Below are positions 10,037-17,926 of a DNA stretch of 23,946 nt, piece by piece (position 1 is the stretch's first letter; each line of letters starts with the position of its first letter). The DNA comes from a virus (taxonomy: Duplodnaviria; Heunggongvirae; Uroviricota; Caudoviricetes): IMG/VR virus record IMGVR_UViG_2562617151_000005; one strand, written 5' to 3'. The notes beneath the pieces are model-generated. The model saw only the letters and a list, made by a program, of their open reading frames with translations. It searched no databases and was not told the DNA's origin. Made by a program: the position numbers and the translations under genes.

Positions 10037-10999
10037 GTGAAAATTGTTTTCGAGGTTAATGGAAAGAAAGTTCCACTAAAATCTTTAAAATACATAAGCA
10101 AAAAAGATCAACTCGAAGTAATGAAAAACTGGTTCTTTGAAAACTTTGAAGATCCGGCAAATGCTTGTCCGTATGAAAGTAGAGAAGGTGGCTATGCTTA
10201 CATATATGGCGGGCCGTATGATGCGAGCGAAGAACTACAATCCATCTTCGGTCAATATGTTAAATCTGAGTATATTGAGGAATTAGTAGATGAATTACAA
10301 ACACAATGTTTTGACTGGTCTGGAAACTCAAATAATATAGATGATTGGTACGATGATGATATCTACGACGCTGTAACGTCTTCCGGTAATCCGTATTTAA
10401 AATTCATTGATAATATCGATAAAATAAAAAAACTTGCAAAAGATAAAACTGAACAACAGCAAAAAAACCACTTGCTTAGTTTGCTCTACACGAATGTTAT
10501 TACAGCTTTGGAAACGCTTTATGTTGAGCTATTCATTAATTCTATAGAGAAAGATGATGTCTACATAGCCAATTGTATAGAAAAAGGTAAGACTGAATTT
10601 AAAGTAAGCAAAGATATTGCTGCGTTGCCTTTCAAGGGTGAACCCATCGAGAAAATTAGGGGAGAGCTAATCAGGTCAATCAAGGAACACTTGATCAGTG
10701 CAAGCTGGCATAGCACTAAAAAGGTAATCGACCGCTATGAAGCTACATTCGATATAAAAGTACAAAAAGACTGTCCGATAGAAGCTATTGAATTGGCAAC
10801 CCTCAATCGAAATCACTTAGTGCATCGTGGTGGAAAGGATAAAGAAGGGAACCTCGTAGTGATTACAGACCAGGATCTTGAAACGCTGATTGAAAATGCA
10901 TCGAACCTGGCAATTATGCTCTACAACAGTTTAAATGTAGCAACGAATAAAACCACCATTTTGCAACCAGATGACAAACCGTTCATTCATGAATTTTAA
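10037..10999 (+). CDS. Hypothetical protein A of AT-rich cassette (about 320 aa) with C-terminal HEPN-like Rx4H motif
   Basis: Long ORF; proposed GTG start at 10037 preceded by AGGGA; TTGACA at 9878-9883 upstream; motif LNRNHLVHRGG near C-terminus; markedly AT-rich by eye. Confidence 0.6.
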   Translation: MKIVFEVNGKKVPLKSLKYISKKDQLEVMKNWFFENFEDPANACPYESREGGYAYIYGGPYDASEELQSIFGQYVKSEYIEELVDELQTQCFDWSGNSNNIDDWYDDDIYDAVTSSGNPYLKFIDNIDKIKKLAKDKTEQQQKNHLLSLLYTNVITALETLYVELFINSIEKDDVYIANCIEKGKTEFKVSKDIAALPFKGEPIEKIRGELIRSIKEHLISASWHSTKKVIDRYEATFDIKVQKDCPIEAIELATLNRNHLVHRGGKDKEGNLVVITDQDLETLIENASNLAIMLYNSLNVATNKTTILQPDDKPFIHEF

Positions 11000-11014
11000 T
11001 AGCGCAGGTCATAC

Positions 11015-12016
11015 ATGGATATTCGCACACGAAAGACAAAATTTTTAGAGTCGTTAGATTCAACTGAAGTGATACGCAAAGCAGTAAGTCTCGCTATAGA
11101 TTGCATTATTGATAATCATAATAGTAATGAAGATACCCCCTTAGTTATTACCAGCTATGATGATCTCTGTAGAATCCAGGTGCTAAATTATGTACAGGAG
11201 TTTTGCGAAGCTGCATTCCCTGATATGGATGAATATTACTTTAGTCCTAACATACTTCGCATCAACGGCAAGACTAGTGAAGAAGCTTGTATTAACTTAA
11301 TTAAACTCTTAAGAAGTACAAAAGGCATGCTATTCTGGTCCGATGCCCCATCGTGGTTCGCTAGCCTCCCCGACGGATTATTCCATGTTGTTAACATTGA
11401 TCAAAAAATCGTTACTCGCGGCCTTAATAAGAAAAACTCTAAGCCGACAATAATCAATAAAGATTACAGTGTAGATACACTACTATCAGAGCTATTTTTG
11501 AATGGCGCACACATGGAGCAACCCAACGTACACAACGTTTCTGAGGGAAACATGAAGTTCTATGATGAATGCCATGCTGGATTAATCAGACCAATACCCG
11601 CTCCAATAGGCGCGTCATACGATGAAGAGATCACAATTAATTCTCCAGATTGGCAAAAGCTCGCGTGTGTAGCTTTACGCCGCTATCAGTCGAAGGAATG
11701 TCATGACGGAATGCAATGGGATACAACCGATCATGGTTGGACTGATGTAATCGCGTATCCATTCGTCGAAGAAATACAATCAATGGATAATAGTGGTTAT
11801 CGACAATGTTTAGTTGGGCTGGTCACAATAAACAATTCAAATGCAAATTCTCCGTACCTATCTACCGTTTGGATACATCTATTTTATCGCAGGAGAGGGT
11901 TATTAAGTAAGTTATGGCCAAAATTACAAGAGTTATATGGAAGTAACTTCGAAATTGAGCGACCTAATGAAAATATGAAAGCATTTCTGAAAAGTGCGAA
12001 ACACGCAGATTACTAA
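11015..12016 (+). CDS. Hypothetical protein B of AT-rich cassette (333 aa)
   Basis: ORF 15 nt downstream of gene A on the same strand; AT-rich; no Walker A or other recognisable motif. Confidence 0.6.
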   Translation: MDIRTRKTKFLESLDSTEVIRKAVSLAIDCIIDNHNSNEDTPLVITSYDDLCRIQVLNYVQEFCEAAFPDMDEYYFSPNILRINGKTSEEACINLIKLLRSTKGMLFWSDAPSWFASLPDGLFHVVNIDQKIVTRGLNKKNSKPTIINKDYSVDTLLSELFLNGAHMEQPNVHNVSEGNMKFYDECHAGLIRPIPAPIGASYDEEITINSPDWQKLACVALRRYQSKECHDGMQWDTTDHGWTDVIAYPFVEEIQSMDNSGYRQCLVGLVTINNSNANSPYLSTVWIHLFYRRRGLLSKLWPKLQELYGSNFEIERPNENMKAFLKSAKHADY

Positions 12017-12332
12017 TTTATGAATCAGTCTGTGGAGTTAGGGTTGGTGTGAACAAGTAGGGTAAGAGCCTCAACGTGATGCTATGCCGACCTGCTCCCT
12101 GAGAATTCACACAGAAGGCTGCTAGCAATGTCCGCAGATCGCTCAAAGCGGACTAGAAGGTTAGCTTGCGTCGGACTTGGCGTATTTAAAGAAGTGCTGG
12201 TGGTGACTGGTTGTTGTGTTCCATTTCTACAGAACAAAATCACAGAAACTATACCCAATAGTTATATTGAATCAATGATGAGACAGCCTCATATTTATCA
12301 GAACTGGTGTACGTCCAATACAGGAGGTTGTC

Positions 12333-12422
12333 GTGCTGGTTCTCAAATGTGCGCTAGCTATTGCGGCTGTAATGGCAATTTATTGTCTTGCTGTTGTTCT
12401 TACGGATCGCCTTTCTGATTGA
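12333..12422 (+). CDS. Candidate small hydrophobic peptide (29 aa, single predicted TM helix)
   Basis: SD AGGAGG at 12322-12327, 5 nt before GTG 12333; translation VLVLKCALAIAAVMAIYCLAVVLTDRLSD; not in the six-frame track because below the length cut-off. Confidence 0.3.
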   Translation: MLVLKCALAIAAVMAIYCLAVVLTDRLSD

Positions 12423-12476
12423 TTTTATATTGGCGAGGTGACGGGAGTTAAGTAGAATTGCTGCGGGTGCTTGAGG

Positions 12477-12512
12477 CTATCTGCCTCAGGCATGAACACC
12501 AAAGGCAGATAG
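12477..12512 (+). promoter_or_regulatory. Perfect 10-bp inverted repeat (CTATCTGCCT ... AGGCAGATAG, 16-nt loop) in the hok leader
   Basis: Seen directly; hok-family mRNAs are known to carry extensive leader structure. Confidence 0.4.
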
Positions 12513-12633
12513 AGAAAAGCCCCAGTTAACATTATGCGTCCTGCAAGACGTTTAACATTAATCTGAGGCTCAATCTATGAACGGCAAATCTAGGTTAGCC
12601 TCTTACGTGCCGAAAGGCAAGGAGAAGCAGGCT

Positions 12634-12789
12634 ATGAAGCAGCAAAAGGCGATGTTAATCGCCCTGATCGTCATCTGTTTAACCGTCATAATGACGGCAC
12701 TGGTAACGAGGAAAGACCTCTGCGAGGTACGAATCCGAACCGGCCAGACGGAGGTCGCTGTCTTCACAGCTTACGAACCTGAGGAGTAA
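12634..12789 (+). CDS. hok: Hok/Gef-family type I toxin (HokD/RelF-like)
   Basis: 51 aa MKQQKAMLIALIVICLTVIMTALVTRKDLCEVRIRTGQTEVAVFTAYEPEE; SD AAGGAG 9 nt upstream. Confidence 0.85.
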   Translation: MKQQKAMLIALIVICLTVIMTALVTRKDLCEVRIRTGQTEVAVFTAYEPEE

Positions 12790-12858
12790 GAGACCAGGCG
12801 GGGGAGAATCCCTCGCCACCTCTGATGTGTCAGGCATCCTCAACGCACCCGCACTTAA

Positions 12859-12884
12859 CCCGCTTCGGCGGGTTTTGTTTTTTC
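12859..12884 (+). terminator. Intrinsic terminator downstream of hok
   Basis: Hairpin CCCGC-TTCG-GCGGG followed by T-run TTTTGTTTTTT. Confidence 0.55.
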
Positions 12885-12955
12885 CTAGCATTCTGGTTTA
12901 CAATTCGCACACCAGCCTGAACAACTGGCACCTGCTGCGCCAGCAGAGACAACCG

Positions 12956-13234
12956 ATGGCGCACGATACCAAATTACACAATTCTGATGATTCTGCCGTC
13001 TTTGCCAGCAGGCACGGGCGGCGTTCCCGCACTTTCAAATCTGACTGGTTCCAGCATCCCCCATGCACTGAAGAACAGGCCGAGTGGCTAATTCAGTGCT
13101 ACCGCAGACACGGATACGAGATTAAGAAAGCCCTCAGCCTCGACTACCGTCACTGGATAATCTCCGTCAGGCTTCCTTACTCCGAACGCCCACCGCGTCC
13201 GTCCCGCACATTCCAGCAACGCATCTGGAGGTAA
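12956..13234 (+). CDS. Hypothetical protein (92 aa) between hok and the DUF968-like gene
   Basis: ORF from internal Met MAHDTKLHNSDD...; weak RBS; position corresponds to rem in Qin but homology not verified. Confidence 0.4.
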   Translation: MAHDTKLHNSDDSAVFASRHGRRSRTFKSDWFQHPPCTEEQAEWLIQCYRRHGYEIKKALSLDYRHWIISVRLPYSERPPRPSRTFQQRIWR

Positions 13235-13235
13235 C

Positions 13236-14291
13236 GTGCGGGTATTACTTCGACCTGTTCTGGTACCGGAACTCGGGCTGGTGATCGTTAAGCCGGGCCG
13301 TGAATCCATGCCGGTATTCCACAATACCCGGGTACTGGTGGAGCCGGAACCGAAAAGCATGCGTAATCTGCCGTCCGGGGTTGTTCCTGCCGTTCGCCAG
13401 CCGCTAGTGGAAGACAAAACATTGCTGCCGTTTTTCAGTAACGCACGGGTGATTCGTGCTGCTGGTGGTGCTGGTGCATTGTCTGACTGGCTGTTGCGCC
13501 ATATTAAATCCTGCCAGTGGCCACACGGCGATTATCATCACAGCGAAACCGTCATTCACCGTTATGGTACCGGCGCAATGGTGTTGTGCTGGCACTGCGA
13601 CAACCAGCTGCGTGACCAGACATCCGAATCACTCGAGCAACTTGCTCATCAAAACCTGTCAGCATGGATGATTGACGTCATCGGTCACGCAATAAGCGGT
13701 ACGCAGGAGCGTGAATTATCTTTGGCTGAATTATCCTGGTGGGCGGTCCGCAATCAGGTGGCGGACGCGCTACCGGAAGCGGTATTACGTCGTTCGCTGG
13801 GGTTGCGTGCGGAAAAAATCCGCTCAATGTACCGTGAAAGCGACATCGTACCGGGAGAGCAGACCGCCACCAGCATACTGAAGCAGCGCACAAAAAATCT
13901 TGCGCCGCTGCCTCACGCCCACCAGCAAAACCCGCCACAGGAAAAGACGGTGGTCAGCATTGCCGTTGATCCGGAGTCACCGGCTCAGTATCTCCAGCGC
14001 CAGAAATCACAACGGGAAGAGATGCCTGTATACACGCGCTGGGTAAAAACGCAGAAATGCATGACATGTGGCAATCAGGCAGATGATCCGCATCACATCA
14101 TTGGTCATGGACTGGGAGGGATGGGAACAAAGGCTGATGATTTGTTTGTTATTCCGCTGTGCCGTAAATGCCATAGCGAACTACACGCCGGGGTAAAAGA
14201 TTTTGAAGAAAAACACGGCAGCCAGCTGTTGTTGCTGATTCGTTTTTTAATGCACGCGAGAAATTCGGGTGTTTTGAAGTGGAAAGCATAA
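13236..14291 (+). CDS. DUF968-like nin-region protein with C-terminal HNH/zinc-binding motif (YdfU-like)
   Basis: 351 aa; GTG start after SD GGAGG; C-terminal CMTCGN...HHIIGHGLGG...CRKCHSELH. Confidence 0.7.
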   Translation: MRVLLRPVLVPELGLVIVKPGRESMPVFHNTRVLVEPEPKSMRNLPSGVVPAVRQPLVEDKTLLPFFSNARVIRAAGGAGALSDWLLRHIKSCQWPHGDYHHSETVIHRYGTGAMVLCWHCDNQLRDQTSESLEQLAHQNLSAWMIDVIGHAISGTQERELSLAELSWWAVRNQVADALPEAVLRRSLGLRAEKIRSMYRESDIVPGEQTATSILKQRTKNLAPLPHAHQQNPPQEKTVVSIAVDPESPAQYLQRQKSQREEMPVYTRWVKTQKCMTCGNQADDPHHIIGHGLGGMGTKADDLFVIPLCRKCHSELHAGVKDFEEKHGSQLLLLIRFLMHARNSGVLKWKA

Positions 14292-14672
14292 ATGACTGAA
14301 CGCATAGAATTTGTTTTGCCTTACCCGCCAACGGTGAACACTTACTGGCGTCGTCGTGGCAGCACATATTTTGTATCAAAAGCCGGGGAGCGTTATCGCC
14401 GGGCAGTGGCGCTTATTGTTCGCCAGCAGCGGCTGAAATTAAGCCTGTCCGGAAGGTTGGCAATAAAAATTATTGCAGAACCACCGGATAAGCGCCGCCG
14501 TGACCTGGACAATATTCTGAAAGCGCCGCTGGATGCGCTGACGCATGCGGGGTTGCTAATGGACGATGAGCAGTTTGATGAAATCAATATCGTTCGTGCT
14601 CAGCCAGTATCTGGTGGACGTCTGGGGGTGAAGATTTACCCCATAATGCTTGAAGGGCAGGTCAAAAAATGA
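14292..14672 (+). CDS. rusA: Holliday-junction resolvase RusA
   Basis: 126 aa; conserved RRRDLDN...KAPLDALT...DDEQ block matching RusA. Confidence 0.85.
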   Translation: MTERIEFVLPYPPTVNTYWRRRGSTYFVSKAGERYRRAVALIVRQQRLKLSLSGRLAIKIIAEPPDKRRRDLDNILKAPLDALTHAGLLMDDEQFDEINIVRAQPVSGGRLGVKIYPIMLEGQVKK

Positions 14673-15490
14673 AACTGGAAGATTTACCGAAATACTACTC
14701 CCCAAAATCCCCCGGCCTGACTGATGCATCGGCCTCAACGTCGAAAGATGCGCTGAGTATCACTGATGTGATGGCCGCGCAGGGCATGACACAGAATCGG
14801 GCTGAGATGGGGTTTTCTGCGTTCCTTGGGAAAATGGGCATTAGTATGAATGACAGAGAGCGGGCAACAGAATTGCTGACAGAATATGCACTCAGTCGGT
14901 GTGATCGCGTGGCGGCGTTAAGAAAACTCCCGGCAGAAATAAAACCGGTAGTGATGCGCATTATGGCTTCGTACGCTTTTGAGGATTATGCCCGCAGCGC
15001 AGCGAGTAAAAAGCAGTGCCCTTGTTGCTATGGGGAAAAATTTATTGAAAGCGTAGTTTTTACAAACAAGGTCCAGTATCCGGATGGTAAGCCGCCGGTA
15101 TGGGCAAAGTGTACGAAAGGTGTGTATCCGTCTTACTGGGAAGAATGGAAAAAAGTCAGGGAGGTGGTAAAAGTTGCCTGTCCGGAGTGTGGCGGAAAGG
15201 GTGAGGTTTCCACCGCCTGTAAGGATTGCCGTGGGCGTGGTGTCGCCATTCATCGTGAAGAGTCGGTAAAACGTGGTATGCCTGTTATCAGAGACTGCCA
15301 GCGTTGTGGTGGTCGTGGCTGTGAAAGACTACCATCAACGGAGGCATTTAATGCCATATGCAAAGTGACGAGTGCTATCACGCTTGATACGTGGAAAAAA
15401 TCAGTGAAACGCTTTTACGATACGTTGGTGGTTCGGTTTGACATTGAAGAGGCATGGGCGGAGCGGCAGTTAAAGAGGGTAACGCGATAG
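14669..15490 (+). CDS. Q: Late-gene antiterminator Q (lambda Q family, Cys4 zinc finger)
   Basis: 273 aa; N-terminus and central region align by eye with lambda Q (SPKSP, TDVMAA, ASYAFEDYARSAA); ATGA overlap with rusA stop. Confidence 0.85.
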   Translation: MKLEDLPKYYSPKSPGLTDASASTSKDALSITDVMAAQGMTQNRAEMGFSAFLGKMGISMNDRERATELLTEYALSRCDRVAALRKLPAEIKPVVMRIMASYAFEDYARSAASKKQCPCCYGEKFIESVVFTNKVQYPDGKPPVWAKCTKGVYPSYWEEWKKVREVVKVACPECGGKGEVSTACKDCRGRGVAIHREESVKRGMPVIRDCQRCGGRGCERLPSTEAFNAICKVTSAITLDTWKKSVKRFYDTLVVRFDIEEAWAERQLKRVTR

Positions 15491-15493
15491 TGT

Positions 15494-15523
15494 TGTTGAT
15501 TTTTCCCGAATCTGTGGTAAATT
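15494..15523 (+). promoter_or_regulatory. PR'-like late promoter with -10 TAAATT
   Basis: TGTTGA -35-like, then TAAATTTGCTCTAACGATGGG closely resembling lambda PR' -10 and initial transcribed region; directly downstream of Q. Confidence 0.5.
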
Positions 15524-15572
15524 TGCTCTAACGATGGGCGTTTTATGCCTGACGTTAGAAGATTTTTTACAC

Positions 15573-15596
15573 CCCGCCGCCTGGCGGGTTTTTTAT
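15573..15596 (+). terminator. tR'-like intrinsic terminator (Q-antiterminated)
   Basis: CCCGCC-GCCT-GGCGGG followed by TTTTTTAT, about 60 nt downstream of the PR'-like promoter. Confidence 0.6.
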
Positions 15597-15716
15597 GACT
15601 GAAATCGCGTCAGTACAGTAAACGCGCTGGTGGCGGTGAATACCTGTCTTTCAGCTTGCTGGCTTTTTCGACAAGAGTTATTGGTGTGTCACGTTAACCG
15701 GAAAAGGGAAAAAGAC

Positions 15717-15914
15717 ATGCTAAAACAGCAGGATATGACAGAAACCGCCAGAGTAGTGTTTAATGAATTAAGCGTTACCGAACCGGCGACAGTCGGGGAG
15801 ATTGCACAGAATACTTACCTTTCACGCGAACGCTGCCAGTTAATACTGACCCAGCTGGTTATGGCGGGTCTGGCAGACTATCAGTTCGGTTGTTACAGAC
15901 GCCTTCCGCAGTGA
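15717..15914 (+). CDS. Hypothetical small protein (65 aa)
   Basis: ORF from internal Met MLKQQDMTETARV...; purine-rich region upstream; followed by terminator. Confidence 0.4.
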   Translation: MLKQQDMTETARVVFNELSVTEPATVGEIAQNTYLSRERCQLILTQLVMAGLADYQFGCYRRLPQ

Positions 15915-15925
15915 AGGCTTTTTTA
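15901..15925 (+). terminator. Intrinsic terminator overlapping the stop of the small ORF
   Basis: GCCTTC-CGCAGT-GAAGGC followed by TTTTTTAT. Confidence 0.55.
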
Positions 15926-15943
15926 TTTGTGGTAAATGGGCGG

Positions 15944-15970
15944 CTGGTGGGTGTTAGGGGCACCCACCAG
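15944..15970. promoter_or_regulatory. Perfect 10-bp inverted repeat CTGGTGGGTG-N7-CACCCACCAG upstream of the methyltransferase
   Basis: Seen directly; no T-run follows, so more likely a binding site or RNA structure than a terminator. Confidence 0.35.
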
Positions 15971-16064
15971 CCATCTGCTCATGCGTTGGGTTCACAAGCA
16001 AACCTCAGGCCCACTGCTTTGCGCAAAAGCAGAATGAGCCTATCAGAGACAGGCTTAATGATCC

Positions 16065-17114
16065 ATGCTTAATACTGTAAAAATATCCAGTTGTGAGTTA
16101 ATCAACGCCGACTGCCTGGAATTTATCCGGTCGTTACCCGAAAATTCTGTTGACCTGATAGTCACGGACCCGCCGTACTTTAAAGTGAAGCCTGAGGGCT
16201 GGGATAACCAGTGGAAGGGCGACGATGATTACCTGAAGTGGCTGGACCAGTGTCTGGCGCAGTTCTGGCGGGTGCTGAAACCTGCCGGAAGTCTTTACCT
16301 GTTCTGTGGTCATCGCCTGGCATCTGATATCGAAATCATGATGCGTGAACGCTTCAGTGTGCTGAACCATATTATCTGGGCGAAGCCGTCCGGACGCTGG
16401 AACGGATGCAACAAGGAAAGCCTGCGGGCGTATTTCCCCGCCACAGAGCGCATTCTGTTCGCGGAACATTATCAGGGGCCGTATCGTCCGAAAGATGCCG
16501 GGTATGCGGCGAAGGGCAGTGCACTGAAACAGCATGTGATGGCCCCGCTGATTTCTTACTTTCGTGATGCGCGCGCGGCCCTGGGGATAACGGCAAAACA
16601 GATTGCAGATGCCACAGGAAAGAAAAACATGGTGTCGCACTGGTTCAGTGCCAGTCAGTGGCAGCTACCGAACGAAAGCGATTATCTGAAATTACAGTCG
16701 CTGTTTGCCCGGGTGGCAGAAGAGAAACATCAGCGCGGTGAACTGGAAAAGCCCCACCACCAGCTGGTGGATACGTATACGTCACTGAACCGGCAGTATG
16801 TGGAGCTGCAGAGTGAATATAAGCATCTGCGGCGGTATTTTGGTGTGACGGCGCAGGTGCCGTACACGGATGTGTGGACACATAAACCGGTGCAGTTCTA
16901 TCCCGGGAAACATCCGTGCGAAAAACCGGCAGAAATGCTGCAGCAGATAATCAGCGCAAGCAGTCGTCCGGGTGACCTGGTTGCAGATTTTTTTATGGGC
17001 TCAGGTTCAACGGTAAAAGCGGCACTGGCGCTCGGGCGTCGTGCGATTGGCGTTGAACTGGAGACCGGACGTTTTGAGCAGACAGTCAGGGAAGTTCAGG
17101 ATTTAATCGTTTGA
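16065..17114 (+). CDS. Orphan DNA N6-adenine (or N4-cytosine) methyltransferase, beta-class
   Basis: 349 aa; catalytic DPPY (VTDPPYF) near N-terminus and SAM-binding FxGxG (DFFMGSGST) near C-terminus; no adjacent endonuclease gene. Confidence 0.85.
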   Translation: MLNTVKISSCELINADCLEFIRSLPENSVDLIVTDPPYFKVKPEGWDNQWKGDDDYLKWLDQCLAQFWRVLKPAGSLYLFCGHRLASDIEIMMRERFSVLNHIIWAKPSGRWNGCNKESLRAYFPATERILFAEHYQGPYRPKDAGYAAKGSALKQHVMAPLISYFRDARAALGITAKQIADATGKKNMVSHWFSASQWQLPNESDYLKLQSLFARVAEEKHQRGELEKPHHQLVDTYTSLNRQYVELQSEYKHLRRYFGVTAQVPYTDVWTHKPVQFYPGKHPCEKPAEMLQQIISASSRPGDLVADFFMGSGSTVKAALALGRRAIGVELETGRFEQTVREVQDLIV

Positions 17115-17163
17115 AACGGATGAGATTGCAGAATTAATTACGCACCATTATTATTCTGCTCCC

Positions 17164-17239
17164 GGCCCTTTAGCTCAGTGGTGAGAGCGAGCGACTCATA
17201 ATCGCCAGGTCGCTGGTTCAAATCCAGCAAGGGCCACCA
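17164..17239 (+). tRNA. tRNA with CAU anticodon, Ile2-like (ileX/ileZ type) rather than Met
   Basis: Hand-folded cloverleaf: acceptor GGCCCTT/AAGGGCC, D-stem GCTC/GAGC, anticodon loop CTCATAA, T-loop TTCAAAT, encoded CCA; resembles E. coli ileX from memory. Confidence 0.8.
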
Positions 17240-17246
17240 TCACATA

Positions 17247-17323
17247 CCGCCATTAGCTCATCAGGAAAGAGCGCCAGCCTTCGAAGCTGGTTGCGCGGAG
17301 TTCGGGTCCCCGAAGGCGGTCCA
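17247..17323 (+). tRNA. tRNA-Arg (UCG) with atypical T-arm
   Basis: Hand-fold: acceptor CCGCCAT/AAGGCGG (one A-A mismatch), D-stem GCTC/GAGC, anticodon stem CCAGC/GCTGG, loop CTTCGAA, T-loop TTCGGGT with one T-stem mismatch, encoded CCA. Confidence 0.55.
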
Positions 17324-17336
17324 TTATCTGTATCCT

Positions 17337-17413
17337 GCGTTGTTAGCTCAGCCGGACAGAGCAATTGCCTTCTAAGCAATCGGTCACTGGTTCGAATCCA
17401 GTACAACGCGCCA
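17337..17413 (+). tRNA. tRNA-Arg (UCU)
   Basis: Acceptor GCGTTGT/ACAACGC, D-stem GCTC/GAGC, anticodon loop CTTCTAA, T-loop TTCGAAT, encoded CCA. Confidence 0.85.
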
Positions 17414-17458
17414 CACTTATTTTCCCTGGCTCGCTTTTGCGGGCTTTTTTTTAAATGT

Positions 17459-17672
17459 CTCACAATTCAGGCGGTTGACTGTTGTCTGGTTTGCGGGGAG
17501 TTTGTTAAAAGAAACTGGCATGGTGAATCCCCCTGTGCGGAGGGGCAATCAGCGAGTAGGTATATGGGATAATCGCGGATTCAGGTGCTGGTACTGAATT
17601 CACCGGGAGGCACCCGGCACCATGCAATGGCACATAGCGCCACTCTCCAGCCCCTCTCCGGAGGGGCTTTTC
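17459..17672 (+). other. Structured module A (about 215 bp), candidate sRNA or regulatory leader ending in an intrinsic terminator
   Basis: Shares blocks with module B: CTCACAATTCAG, TTGAC, TTTGTTAAAA, CATGGTGAATCCCCCTGNGCGGAGGGGC, CACCGGGAGGCACCCGGCACCATG, and terminator GCCCCTC-TCCG-GAGGGGC plus T-run. Confidence 0.4.
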
Positions 17673-17926
17673 TGTGCCGGATACATCACAGTTTCTGGAA
17701 CCTTAGGTACTACAGTATCAGTCAGGGTGCTATATTTTCAGATGTGATGAAAGCCTGTCAGCAGGCAGGGCGTATCGGAAATGACCCAGTAGAGAAAACG
17801 TTGACTCAGATACCGGTGCTGAGTTACCGGGAAACCGGCATCACATGACCGCTATCCTTCCAGGCCCATCCGCTCCGGTGGGCCTTTTTACTGCAGAAAA
17901 CAGGTTCCCCGTTAAATGCTATGTTG

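Noticed and set aside
12128-12418. Cys-rich 96-aa ORF
   Set aside because: No RBS, odd composition, and it overlaps the better-supported 29-codon ORF in another frame; likely spurious
12577-12633. In-frame N-terminal extension of hok (MNGKSRLASYVPKGKEKQA)
   Set aside because: Hok proteins are about 50 aa and the SD sits before the internal ATG at 12634; the extension is more likely leader or mok-related sequence than part of the toxin
14105-15253. Minus-strand ORFs antisense to DUF968, rusA and Q
   Set aside because: No RBS; they overlap three tightly coupled, well-supported plus-strand genes
16134-16881. Minus-strand ORFs of 74-168 aa
   Set aside because: Antisense within the well-supported methyltransferase gene
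17585-17848. 87-aa ORF between the two structured modules
   Set aside because: Its 5' part spans the module A terminator hairpin; a short ORF (MMKACQQAGR...) could exist in the 3' part but has no RBS
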